From Eledone cirrhosa (lineage: Eukaryota), in the NCBI GenBank assembly GCA_964016885.1, contig OZ024743.1, positions 332,630,001 through 332,694,000 on the forward strand: a stretch of 64,000 nucleotides of DNA, in the 5' to 3' direction. Position numbers and translations under genes: made by a program. How positions within the stretch are numbered: position 1 is the stretch's first letter; every line of letters starts with the position of its first letter. The notes beneath the pieces were generated by a model. The model made no database searches and was not told the DNA's origin. It saw only the letters and a program-made list of their open reading frames with translations. Shown here in pieces: positions 23,129 to 36,100 of the stretch.

Positions 23129-26100
23129 ATGAATCTGCGAGCTACCAAGCACCCACGTGAAGCGCCAACCCAGAGACCCTCCCCTACGAGTGTCGACAAA
23201 TGCCCAAAACTCCGAGTTGGTACCATCAATGTAGGCTCAATGAAAGGAAGAGCAGGAGAAATCGTAGAAATGCTAGAGCGAAAGGAAGTTGATGTATGCT
23301 GTGTGCAAGAGACTAGATGGAGAGGAGGGTCTGCTAGAGTCCTTGTAGGAAAAAGCCAGTGCTACAAATTTTTCTGGGTGGGAAATGACGATGGGATGGG
23401 TGGTGTAGGTATACTATTAGCTGACAAGTGGGTAGATAAAGTAATCTCAGTGTACAGGGTAAATGCAAGAATCATTAAACTCAGACTAGTCCTGAATAAG
23501 ACAATTACCACAATAATATCAGCTTACGCACCCCAATCGGGGCTGCCAGACGAACTTAAGGATAGGTTTTACGAGTCCCTAATACACACTACTGCTCTAA
23601 CAGACGACAAGGACTTCCTAATCATTGCAGGAGATTTTAACGGACACGTAGGTAAACACTGCGACGGCTTCAATAGAGTACATGGAGGCCATGGAGTTGG
23701 CACAAGGAATGAGGAAGGATTCAGACTTCTAGAATTCTGCGACGCCAATGACATGTCGATATGTAACACAAACTTTAAAAAACCCGACAACCACCTGATC
23801 ACCTATAGATCAGGGGAGCACTCTAGTCAGTTAGATTTTATCCTCATCAGAGGACGTGACAGATGGACGGTCGTAAACACAAAAGCCTTCCCTAGTGAGG
23901 AATGTACATCCCAACATAGCTTAGTTGTCAGCGACCTCACGGTCAGAACTAGACGAGCCCTGAAACAGAGGCCAACCTGGAGAAGAAAGATCTGGAAGCT
24001 GAAAGTCCCCTCAACCAGTAACAGATTTAAAGATATTTTACTCAACGCCTACGACAGTAAAGAAGAACAGATACAGACATTTAACGTAGAAGAGAACTGG
24101 GAGTTCCTAAAAAATAACTTACTAGAGGCGACGGATGAGGTTTGTGGCTGGAGTAAGACCTCAAGCAGGAGGAGAGTGACTTGGTGGTGGAACAATAAGG
24201 TAGATGAAGCAGTCAAGGCCAAGAGACAGGCATGGAAAGAATGGAAGAACGGGGGGAGCAGGGTACATTACATAGAGACCAAGAGGGAAGCTAGGCGACA
24301 AGTATACTTAGCTAGGAGGGAAGCAGAGGATAGAAAATTCAAGCATGTTTTACAACGTGAGGACCAGAAACAGGAGGTATTCAAGATTGCGAGGCAGTGT
24401 GTCAGAGATAGTTGTGATGTCATTGGAGAGAAGTGTATCCGGAATGATAAAGGTGAGCTTGCCCTCACAAGTGCTGAGAAGAAAGATGCATGGAAGAGTC
24501 ATTATGATAGATTACTAAATGAGGAGAATGCATGGGAAGAAGAGACCCTACCCCACGTAGACCCTATAGAGGGACCAGCAGTACAAGTCAGCGGCAGCGT
24601 AGTAAGTAAGGCAATCAGAGATATGAAGATAGGGAAGGCAACCGGTCCATCGGGTATAGCTGCCGAGATGCTGAAGGCATCTGGGTCTGTAGGTCACACT
24701 ATAACCACACGTATCGTTAACCAGGTAATACTAGAGGGGGCCATACCAAAAGATTGGTGCAGTAGCATCATTGTCAACTGCTACAAAGGTAAAGGCGATG
24801 CACTAGATAGAGGAAACTATAGAGGTATAAAGTTGATGGACCAGGTCATGAAAGTAACAGAAAGAGTTATAGCACAGCTGATTAGGGACCGGGTGAATAT
24901 AGACGAGATGCAATTTGGGTTTGTACCAGGGAAAGGCACCACTGATGCCCTCTTCCTTGTGAGGCAATTACAGGAAAAGTACCTAGCTAAAAGTAAGCCA
25001 CTCTACTTGGCATTTGTCGACCTTGAGAAAGCCTTTGACAGAGTTCCACGTGCAGTAATCTGGTGGGCTCTTAGAAAACTAGGAGTAGATGAATGGCTTG
25101 TGAAAGCTGTACAAGCCATGTATAGGGGAGCAGTCAGCAAAGTTAGGATTAGCAATGAGTATAGCGAGGAATTTAGCGTACAGGTTGGGGTCCACCAGGG
25201 CTCTGTTCTTAGCCCTCTCCTGTTCATCATAGTCCTGCAGGCAATAACGGAGGAGTTTAAGACCGGGTGCCCATGGGAACTCCTGTATGCTGATGACCTC
25301 TCACTCATAGCTGAATCTATGGTAGAACTAGAGAATAAATTCCAAACCTGGAAGCAGGGACTAGAGAGAAAGGGCCTCAAAGTCAACATGACAAAGACTA
25401 AGGTCCTTGTAAGTAGACGAGAAAACAGAACCCAGATCCCCTCAGGGAAATGGCCTTGCTCAGTATGTAGGAAAGGTGTAGGTAGGAACTCCATTCTCTG
25501 CCCCAAATGCAAACAATGGGTACACAAGAGATGTAGCGGGATCTCAGGAAGCTTAATTAAGAATGTAGGATTCACATGCAGCAGCTGTGCTGAAACAGCA
25601 AGCAAACAGCCACAGGAAACAAGTACCACCAATCTCTGGGAGGGCCCTGTAGAAACAGTAGACAGCTTCTGCTACCTAGGTGACCGAATTAGCAACGGAG
25701 GTGGGTGCTCAGAAAGTACAATAACTAGGGTAAGAACGGGATGGAAGAAGTTTAGGGAACTACTACCACTGCTAGCTGCAAAAGGCTTCTCCCTCAGAAT
25801 GAAAGGCAGACTGTATGATGCGTGTATCCGAACAGCGATGTTGCATGGTAGTGAGACCTGGGCGCTGAAGGTGGAAGACTTACGTAGATTAGAGAGAAAC
25901 GAAGCCTGCATGCTCCGATGGATGTGTAACAGTAATATACGTGAACGACAAAGCATAAATGAATTGAGAGAGAGACTGAGCATAAGAGGAATCAAATGCT
26001 GCGTGCAGGAGAGGCGGTTACGCTGGTATGGACATGTGATGCGTATGAAGGATGACAGCTGCATAAAAAGGTGCAGAGCACTAGAAGTTGATGGAAACCG

Positions 26101-26248
26101 CGGAGTGGGGAGACCCAAGATGACTTGGGATGAGGTGATAAAAGCCGACCTTACCCAACTACACCTCTCAAAGTCAATGACACACGACCGTGACTTCTGG
26201 CGTCACGCAGTAATACAGGGTACCCGACCTCCCATGGGTACATGCTGA
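23129..26248 (+). CDS. RTE ORF: APE endonuclease + reverse transcriptase with inserted PHD-type finger (1039 aa, intact)
   Basis: Endonuclease motifs GTINVGS, VQET, YAPQ, GDFNGH, LDFIL, SQH. RT motifs NYRGIKL, QFGF, FVDLEKAFD, GVHQGSVLSPLLF, YADD, FCYLG. C-terminal RRLRWYGHV and GRPKMTW. Confidence 0.97.
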   Translation: MNLRATKHPREAPTQRPSPTSVDKCPKLRVGTINVGSMKGRAGEIVEMLERKEVDVCCVQETRWRGGSARVLVGKSQCYKFFWVGNDDGMGGVGILLADKWVDKVISVYRVNARIIKLRLVLNKTITTIISAYAPQSGLPDELKDRFYESLIHTTALTDDKDFLIIAGDFNGHVGKHCDGFNRVHGGHGVGTRNEEGFRLLEFCDANDMSICNTNFKKPDNHLITYRSGEHSSQLDFILIRGRDRWTVVNTKAFPSEECTSQHSLVVSDLTVRTRRALKQRPTWRRKIWKLKVPSTSNRFKDILLNAYDSKEEQIQTFNVEENWEFLKNNLLEATDEVCGWSKTSSRRRVTWWWNNKVDEAVKAKRQAWKEWKNGGSRVHYIETKREARRQVYLARREAEDRKFKHVLQREDQKQEVFKIARQCVRDSCDVIGEKCIRNDKGELALTSAEKKDAWKSHYDRLLNEENAWEEETLPHVDPIEGPAVQVSGSVVSKAIRDMKIGKATGPSGIAAEMLKASGSVGHTITTRIVNQVILEGAIPKDWCSSIIVNCYKGKGDALDRGNYRGIKLMDQVMKVTERVIAQLIRDRVNIDEMQFGFVPGKGTTDALFLVRQLQEKYLAKSKPLYLAFVDLEKAFDRVPRAVIWWALRKLGVDEWLVKAVQAMYRGAVSKVRISNEYSEEFSVQVGVHQGSVLSPLLFIIVLQAITEEFKTGCPWELLYADDLSLIAESMVELENKFQTWKQGLERKGLKVNMTKTKVLVSRRENRTQIPSGKWPCSVCRKGVGRNSILCPKCKQWVHKRCSGISGSLIKNVGFTCSSCAETASKQPQETSTTNLWEGPVETVDSFCYLGDRISNGGGCSESTITRVRTGWKKFRELLPLLAAKGFSLRMKGRLYDACIRTAMLHGSETWALKVEDLRRLERNEACMLRWMCNSNIRERQSINELRERLSIRGIKCCVQERRLRWYGHVMRMKDDSCIKRCRALEVDGNRGVGRPKMTWDEVIKADLTQLHLSKSMTHDRDFWRHAVIQGTRPPMGTC

Positions 26249-26684
26249 AGCATATAAACAATATGCCCCCCCCCCCCCACCGCAAGGTGGTCGTGGAGGT
26301 GCCACGGCAAAAAAGCACCCAGCCCACACTGTAAAGTGGACGTGTAGGCGCCACGAAAAAGCACCCAGCACTCACTGTAAATGAGGTTGGTGTTAGGAAG
26401 GGCATCCAGCTGTAGAAATCAAGCCAGATCAGTTCCTGTATGAGCAAGGCATGGTCAGCCGACCAGACACTGCCCACAACAGGACAACCCGTCTAACCCA
26501 TGCTAGCGTGGAAGAACGGACGTAAAACGGTGATGATGATATATATATATATATATATATATATACTGTCCCACCCTTGCAAGCAGGGAAAAGCGCCAAG
26601 CGTTAGAACTATCCTCGATACAGAGTACTCATAACCTCTACTTGGATTGCCTTAAATGATACCTCATTAACTTAAATATATATA

Positions 26685-27688
26685 TCATCATCATCATCAT
26701 CATCATCATCATCGTTTAACGTCCATCTTCCACTCTTGCATGGGTTTGGACGGGAATTTTCCCACGTGAGGCAAGATTGGTTGTCTTGCTCGTATAGGAC
26801 TGTCTGGCGGGTTTTCTACAGCTGGATGCCCTTCCTAACACCAACCACGTTTACAGTGTGGACTGGGAGGTTTTTACTGTGTTACCTACACGGCCACATT
26901 ACAGCATGGACTGTGTGTTTTTTTGTCGTGACACCTACACAACTTCATTTGTTTTGGACTGGATGTTGCGGTACCAACATAACTTTACATTGAAAGGGGT
27001 GGTGTGGATGGGTGGGGGTAGTGGGACAGGGGTGTATTTTGTTAGAGGTGCCTACTGACTGTAGGTTTCGCTTTGTACTTAGGCAAGGCGGGTCTTATAT
27101 ATTACTATGAAGCGCCAAAGATCTCGGTCCAGTGACATTGTCTTGGAGAGGTGTAAGTGTGTGAGGTCGGAATTTATCAAGTCGTCCCAGGTTTTTCTGG
27201 GTCTGCCTACTCCGTGGCTACCGTCTATTTTTATCACCCTGCACTTTTTTATACAGCTGTCGTCTTTCATGCGCATCACGTGACCGTACCAACATAGTCT
27301 TCTCTCGAGTAAACAACATCTGATCCCTCTTATTCCTAATTTCTCCCTTAGTTCATTTATGCTTTGCCGTTCACGTATATTACTACTACACATCCAGCAG
27401 AGCATGCAAGCTTCGTTCCTCTCCAGTCTGCATAGATCCTCTGCACGTAAAGCCCAAGTCTCACTGCCATGCAACATTGCTGTTCGTATGCAGGCATCAT
27501 ACAGCCTGCCTTTCATTTTTAGAGAGAACCCTTTAGCGGCCAATAGTGGTATAAGCTCTCTGAACTTTTTCCATCCCGTTCTGACTCTCGCTACTGTACT
27601 TTCAGAGCACCCTCCACCACTGCTGATTTTGTCACCCAGGTAACGGAAGGAGTCCACTATTTTTATAGAACCATCATCTGTGCAATGA
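26685..27688 (-). mobile_element. 5'-truncated RTE LINE (subfamily B)
   Basis: ORF 27079-27688 reads DSFRYLGDKISSGGGCSES...GRPRKTW. (CAT)n tail; TA repeats at both ends. Confidence 0.95.
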
Positions 27689-28102
27689 TATATATATAAT
27701 TTTTCCTTACACAATTCTATCCAACAACTAAATACAACAACCCTAAACTAGCCAAAACATGCCACACAAAACACAATTATGCAATCAAATAAAGATAAAA
27801 TTAAATCCCACCCACTATACTAACGATACTTTATCAGGCCACAAATGCTTTCATTATCTGCATTATTATGTGGATATAAGAATGTTAATGTCACATATAT
27901 CCTGAGATAAGATATTTGTCAAAAATGCAATTAGTGTTTAAATTGTAAGTGTTTATTCAATTTAGATATTTTTTAAGTGCTAATGTGTTCAAAATAAATC
28001 ATTTTATGACATTTTTGTATTCTGCATTCTTTTAATATTTTTGAGACATCAACAGAGATATCAATCTTGTTGAAAAATCATTCTTTTCTTGTTTTGGACA
28101 CA

Positions 28103-28403
28103 CTTTTTTCACACTCTGAGTTGCTGAAGCATGGAACAAACTACCTGCATCAGTTGTTAGCTGTCGGGACACTGCATCCTTCAAAACGTCCATGCTTCCT
28201 GAGATTTGCCAACACTACACCTGATATTCCCCCTCCATACACATGCACACATATGTATGTATCTGTGTGTATATCATGACTCTTACACTGTTCACCTTCC
28301 TGACATTTGTACATTATTCTATGTACTATACATGCACCTTTGATGAATTGTAGTGCACCTGAGTACCGTACACAATAATTTTTATTATTTATATTATTTA
28401 TCA
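28103..28403 (+). mobile_element. 5'-truncated CR1-like 3' end
   Basis: Matches 2358-2592 (gttgctgaagcatggaacaaactacctgcatcagttgttagctgtcg). Confidence 0.9.
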
Positions 28404-29029
28404 TTTCTGTTTATTTATATCTGAAAATTTATACTTTTATTTACAAAGGTGTTTATATATTTTATTCACAGTTGTATAAATAACTAATTGTTCACAATTC
28501 TTTCAGAATGAAAATATATACACAACTATAAACACATATAATAAATACAATTAACTATTGCTAGGAACCTTAGAAATACAATACCAAAATATACGATCAA
28601 AACGAGAGAAAGAACAAAAAAGAGGAAACAAAAACAAAAACGACCATCAATTCACCACCAAGTGTGACATTCGGCCACACATCACAAGGGTCAACGAAAA
28701 TGTTGGAGGGAAGCCAACATGCTCACAGCATTACTGTGGGTGATGGTGAGACTAAGGCACTGGAACACCCAAGCACCCACACAGGCATCACCTGACACAT
28801 CGATAAGGCAAGCCACCAACGATGACAAGAACTTCACTGTCAAAAGATAATTTATGTATAAAAAGAGTGGGAAAAGATATGGACACTCAATCAAACACCA
28901 CCACAAGAGCTGCTGGAGTTTCTCTCTAGTAAATTTTTCAGCAAGACAACATGCATATCAGATTGACATGGCTGATAGTGAGGCTGAGACACTGGAATAA
29001 TGGAACACCCTGGCAAGCTATGGACAATG

Positions 29030-29302
29030 GCTAAAGGCTAAAGTCTGTCTCAAGCCCGAAGGCTTGTTAGACCAGTGCTTATCCCTGTTTCATGGAATAC
29101 AAGACTCTCCCCTGGACAAGCCGCCAGTCCATCACAGGGTTAAACACCCAGCTATTGCTGGCACTCATTTTCATCTAAGTATATGGCAACAACATGGAAT
29201 AAAATGTTTTGTTCAAGAATACAGAACAACCCAGTCCAGGAATCGAACCCACAACATTATGATCATAAGTCCGACACACTTACCACTAGGCCACGCACTT
29301 CC
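29030..29302 (-). mobile_element. tRNA-derived SINE, degenerate
   Basis: Minus strand has tggcctagtggtaag (A box), gggttcgattcc (B box) and a V-domain-like ccctgtgatggactggcggcttgtccaggg. Confidence 0.65.
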
Positions 29303-30144
29303 ATGTGTAACCATAGATGCACTAAATCTGATGAAGTGCTTTTTGATCATAAACCTGCTGGATAATGGCTAGCATATGACTCAACAGCAACAAACTTTGG
29401 CAGTCTGCAAGTGTCATTGGCTTGCCTCAACAATTATTAGAGGGAAACTCCAGCACCCCCTTGTTGTGGCATGCAGAAGTGTAACTAGAGTGTGGTAAGT
29501 ATGGCATGTGCCATGGGCCCCACTTGGACCAGGAGCACTTTCTATTAAAGTCAGATAAGCTATCGTTGGAGAGTGAAAAGAGAAACTTCTTCAGATGTAT
29601 GATCTGTCTTTGATTATCGTGGGTGAAAATCCCTATTGTGACTGGATCATTAAACCATTTATATAAATGTTTAAAAGAAGAAGAAGAAGAAGAAGAAGAA
29701 GAGTATACAAAAACCAAAAAAAAATTCATAGTTTTTAGATAATTTTCAGTATAAATAAAGAAAGAAGTAGAGAGAAAGTGCCGTCCTAACTAGTATCCTC
29801 CAACTAACCCTCTGCTTCTGGATGACAGGATGTAGAATACATTGCACTGGAGGATGGCAAGGGAGACATGCTAGAACAGCCACTCCACCTCACAGGTCTT
29901 GCACCTGCGGGCAGCCAACTCTCTTAGTAGTGAATAGGAATGTGGTCCAGGGGCCAAGAACGCCTTAGCATCACTATCACCATTGTCATCACATGTGACA
30001 CTAAGTGTAAATATCTTCTCCCCTGTAATTTCTTGCTCTTTATTTATTCTATATAAATTGTGTTTATTGTTGTATTTATGTAGATATTCAATACTGTTTA
30101 TACAAAAACAAAACACACTATTAAAGGGAACAAAAAAGGGAAAG

Positions 30145-33100
30145 GACAGACACTAGTCTAAGGTCAGGGACAGACACTACACCCCTGTCTGAGAGAAGGG
30201 ACAAACACTACACCCCAGTCTGAGCAAGACAGACACTACACCCCTGTCTTAGATCAGAGACAGACACTATACCCCAGTCTGAACAAGACAGACACTACAC
30301 TCCAGTCTGAGCAAGACAGACACTACACTCCAGTCTGAGCAAGACATACTCTACACTCCAGTATGAGCAAGACAGACACTGCACTCCAGTCTGAGCAAGA
30401 CAGACACTACACTCCAGTCTGAGCAAGACATACACTACACTCTAGTATGAGCAAGACAGACACTGCACTCCAGTATGAGCAAGACAGACACTACACTCCA
30501 GTCTGAGCAAGACATACACTACACTCTAGTATGAGCAAGACAGACACTGCACTCCAGTATGAGCAAGACAGACACTACACCCAAGTCTGAGCAAGACAGA
30601 CACTACACTCCAGTCTGAGCAAGACATACACTACACTCTAGTATGAGCAAGACAGACACTGCACTCCAGTATGAGCCAGACAGACACTACACCCCAGTCT
30701 AAGCAAGACAGACACTACACCCCAGTCTGAGCAAGACAGACACTACACTCCAGTCTGAGCAAGACATACACTACACTCCAGTCTGAGCAAGACAGACACT
30801 ACACTCCAATCTGAGCAAGACAGACACTACACCCCAGTCTGAGCAAGACAGACACTACACTCCAGTCTGAACAAGACAGACACTACACTCCAGTCTGAGG
30901 GGAGGGACAGACACTACACTCCAGTCTGAGCAAGACAGACATGACACTCCAGTCTGAGCAAGACAGACACTACACTCCAGTCTGAGCAAGACAGACACTA
31001 CACTCCAGTCTGAGCAAGACAGATACTACACCCGAGTCTGAGCAAGACAGACACTACACTCCAGTCTGAACAAGACAGACACTACACTCCAGTCTGAGCA
31101 AGACAGACACTACACCTCGGTCTGAGGGGAGGGACAGACACTCCACTCCAGTCTGAGCAAGACAGACACTACACCCGAGTCTGAGCAAGACAGACACTAT
31201 ACTCCAGTCTGAGCAAGACAGACACTACACCCCAGTCTGAGGGGAGGGACAGACACTACACTCCAGTCTGAGCAAGACAGACACTACACCCAAGTCTGAG
31301 CAAGACAGACAGACACTACACCCCAGTCTGAGCAAGACAGACACTACACTCCAGTCTGAGCAAGACAGACACTACACCCCAGTCTGAGCAGGACAGACAC
31401 TACACTCCAGTCTGAGCAAGACAGACACTACACCCAAGTCTGAGCAAGACAGACACTACACTCCAGTCTGAGCAAGACAGACACTACACCCCAGTCTGAG
31501 CAAGACAGACACTACACCTCAGTCTGAGGGGAGGGACAGACACTCCACTCCAGTCTGAGCAAGACAGACACTACACCCGAGTCTGAGCAAGACAGACACT
31601 ACACCCCAGTCTGAGCAAGACAGACACTACACTCCAGTCTGAGCAAGACAGACACTACACCCCAGTCTGAGCAAGACAGACACTACACCCAAGTCTGAGC
31701 AAGACAGACACTACACTCCAGTCTGAGCAAGACAGACACTACACCCCAGTCTGAGCAAGACAGACACTACACCCCAGTCTGAGCAAGATTGACACTACAC
31801 TACAGTCTGAGCAAGACATACACTACACTCCAGTCTGAGCAAGACAGACACTACACTCCAGTCTGAAGTGAGGGACAGACACTACACTCCAGTCTGAGCA
31901 AGACAGACACTAGACCCCAGTCTGAGCATGACAGACACTACACTCCAGTCTGAGCAAGATAGACACTACACTCCAGTCTGAGCAAGACAGACACTACACC
32001 CCTGTCTGAGCAAGACAGACACTACACTCCAGTCTGAGCAAGACATACACTACACTCCAGTATGAGCAAGACAGACACTGGACTCCAGTCTGAGCAAGAC
32101 AGACACTACACCCAAGTCTGAGCAAGACAGACACTACACTCCAGTCTGAGCAAGACATACACTACACTCCAGTATGAGCAAACAGACACTGCACTCCAGT
32201 ATGAGCCAGACAGACACTACACCCCAGTCTGAAGTGAGGGACAGACACTACACTCCAGTCTGAGCAAGACAGACACTAGACCCCAGTCTGAGCAAGACAT
32301 ACACTACACCCCAGTCTGAGCAAGACAGACACTACACCCCAGTCTGAGCAAGACAGACACTACACCCCAGTCTGAGCAAGATTGACACTACACTCCAGTC
32401 TGAGCAAGACAGACACTACACTCCAGTCTGAAGTGAGGGACAGACACTACACTCCAGTCTGAGCAAGACAGACACTAGACCCCAGTCTGAGCAAGACATA
32501 CACTACACCCCAGTCTGAGCAAGACAGACACTACACTCCAGTCTGAACAAGACAGACACTACACTCCAGTCTGAGCAAGACAGATACTACACCCCAGTCT
32601 GAGTGGAGGGACAGACACTCAACTCCAGTCTGAGCAAGACAGACACTACACCCGAGTCTGAGCAAGACAGACACTATACTCCAGTCTGAGCAAGACAGAC
32701 ACTACACCCCAGTCTGAGAGGAGGGACAGACACTACACTCCAGTCTGAGTAAGACAGACACTATACCCCTGTCTGTGCAAGACAGACACTACACTCCAGT
32801 CTGAGCAAGACAGACACTACACCCAAGTCTGAGCAAGACAGACAGACACTACACCCCAGTCTGAGCAAGACAGACACTACACTCCAGTCTGAGCAAGACA
32901 GACACTACACCCCAGTCTGAGCAAGACAGACACTACACTCCAGTCTGAGCAAGACAGACACTACACCCCAGTCTGAGCAAGATTGACACTACACTACAGT
33001 CTGAGCAAGACATACACTACACTCCAGTCTGAGCAAGACAGACACTACACTCCAGTCTGAAGTGAGGGACAGACACTACACTCCAGTCTGAGCAAGACAG

Positions 33101-36100
33101 ACACTAGACCCCAGTCTGAGCATGACAGACACTACACTCCAGTCTGAGCAAGACATACACTACACTCCAGTATGAGCAAGACAGACACTGCACTCCAGTC
33201 TGAGCAAGACAGACACTACACCCAAGTCTGAGCAAGACAGACACTACACTCCAGTATGAGCAAACAGACACTGCACTCCAGTATGAGCCAGACAGACACT
33301 ACACCCCAGTCTGAAGTGAGGGACAGACACTACACTCCAGTCTGAGCAAGACAGACACTAGACCCCAGTCTGAGCAAGACATACACTACACCCCAGTCTG
33401 AGCAAGACAGACACTACACTCCAGTCTGAGCAAGACAGACACTACACCCCAGTCTGAGCAAGACAGACACTACACCCCAGTCTGAGCAAGATTGACACTA
33501 CACTACAGTCTGAGCAAGACATACACTACACTCCAGTCTGAGCAAGACAGACACTACACTCCAGTCTGAAGTGAGGGACAGACACTACACTCCAGTCTGA
33601 GCAAGACAGACACTAGACCCCAGTCTGAGCATGGCAGACACTACACTCCAGTCTGAGCAAGATAGACACTACACTCCAGTCTGAGCAAGACAGACACTAC
33701 ACCCCAGTCTGAGCAAGACACACACTACACTCCAGTATGAGCAAGACAGACACTGCACTCCAGTCTGAGCAAGACAGAGACTACACCCAAGTCTGAGCAA
33801 GACAGACACTACACTCCAGTCTGAGCATGACAGACACTACACTCCAGTATGAGCAAACAGACACTGCACTTCAGTATGAGCCAGACAGACACTACACCCC
33901 AGTCTGAAGTGAGGGACAGACACTACACTCCAGTCTGAGCAAGACAGACACTAGACCCCAGTCTGAGCAAGACATACACTACACCCCAGTCTGAGCAAGA
34001 CAGACACTACACTCCAGTCTGAACAAGACAGACACTACACTCCAGTCTGAGCAAGACAGACACTACACCCCAGTCTGAGTGGAGGGACAGACACTCAACT
34101 CCAGTCTGAGCAAGACAGACACTACACCCGAGTCTGAGCAAGACAGACACTATACTCCAGTCTGAGCAAGACAGACACTACACTCCAGTCTGAGCAAGAT
34201 AGACACTACACTCCAGTCTGAGTAAGACAGACACTATACCCCTGTCTGTGCAAGACAGACACTACACTCCAGTCTGAGCAAGACAGACACTACACCCAAG
34301 TCTGAGCAAGACAGACAGACACTACACCCCAGTCTGAGCAAGACAGACACTACACTCCAGTCTGAGCAAGACAGACACTACACCCCAGTCTGAGCAAGAC
34401 AGACACTACACTCCAGTCTGAGCAAGACAGACACTACACCCCAGTCTGAGCAAGATTGACACTACACTACAGTCTGAGCAAGACATACACTACACTCCAG
34501 TCTGAGCAAGACAGACACTACACTCCAGTCTGAAGTGAGGGACAGACACTACACTCCAGTCTGAGCAAGACAGACACTAGACCCCAGTCTGAGCATGACA
34601 GACACTACACTCCAGTCTGAGCAAGACATACACTACACTCCAGTATGAGCAAGACAGACACTGCACTCCAGTCTGAGCAAGACAGACACTACACCCAAGT
34701 CTGAGCAAGACAGACACTACACTCCAGTCTGAGCAAGACATACACTACACTCCAGTATGAGCAAACAGACACTGCACTCCAGTATGAGCCAGACAGACAC
34801 TACACCCCAGTCTGAAGTGAGGGACAGACACTACACTCCAGTCTGAGCAAGACAGACACTAGACCCCAGTCTGAGCAAGACATACACTACACCCCAGTCT
34901 GAGCAAGACAGACACTACACTCCAGTCTGAGCAAGACAGACACTACACCCCAGTCTGAGCAAGACAGACACTACACCCCAGTCTGAGCAAGATTGACACT
35001 ACACTACAGTCTGAGCAAGACATACACTACACTCCAGTCTGAGCAAGACAGACACTACACTCCAGTCTGAAGTGAGGGACAGACACTACACTCCAGTCTG
35101 AGCAAGACAGACACTAGACCCCAGTCTGAGCATGACAGACACTACACTCCAGTCTGAGCAAGATAGACACTACACTCCAGTCTGAGCAAGACAGACACTA
35201 CACCCCAGTCTGAGCAAGACACACACTACACTCCAGTATGAGCAAGACAGACACTGCACTCCAGTCTGAGCAAGACAGACACTACACCCAAGTCTGAGCA
35301 AGACAGACACTACACTCCAGTCTGAGCAAGACAGACACTACACTCCAGTATGAGCAAACAGACACTGCACTTCAGTATGAGCCAGACAGACACTACACCC
35401 CAGTCTGAAGTGAGGGACAGACACTACACTCCAGTCTGAGCAAGACAGACACTAGACCCCAGTCTGAGCAAGACATACACTACACCCCAGTCTGAGCAAG
35501 ACAGACACTACACTCCAGTCTGAACAAGACAGACACTACACTCCAGTCTGAGCAAGACAGACACTACACCCCAGTCTGAGTGGAGGGACAGACACTCAAC
35601 TCCAGTCTGAGCAAGACAGACACTACACCCGAGTCTGAGCAAGACAGACACTATACTCCAGTCTGAGCAAGACAGACACTACACCCCAGTCTGAGAGGAG
35701 GGACAGACACTACACTCCAGTCTGAGTAAGACAGACACTATACCCCTGTCTGTGCAAGACAGACACTACACTCCAGTCTGAGCAAGACAGACACTACACC
35801 CAAGTCTGAGCAAGACAGACAGACACTACACCCCAGTCTGAGCAAGACAGACACTACACTCCAGTCTGAGCAAGACAGACACTACACCCCAGTCTGAAGT
35901 GAGGGACAGACACTACACTCCAGTCTGAGCAAGACAGACACTAGACCCCAGTCTGAGCAAGACATACACTACACCCCAGTCTGAGCAAGACAGACACTAC
36001 ACTCCAGTCTGAACAAGACAGACACTACACTCCAGTCTGAGCAAGACAGACACTACACCCCAGTCTGAGTGGAGGGACAGACACTCAACTCCAGTCTGAG

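Larger units (their letters stand above)
22403..26540 (+). mobile_element. Full-length RTE-clade LINE (subfamily A)
   Basis: Putative 5'UTR, single intact ORF, 3'UTR and (GAT)n tail; bounded by TA repeats. Confidence 0.92.

Noticed and set aside
25003-26118. Antisense ORFs within RTE copies
   Set aside because: Shadow frames of the RT coding sequence.
29871-30030. Possible terminal exon on the minus strand (GEKIFTLSVTCDD...)
   Set aside because: Poor polypyrimidine tract and no recognisable homology.
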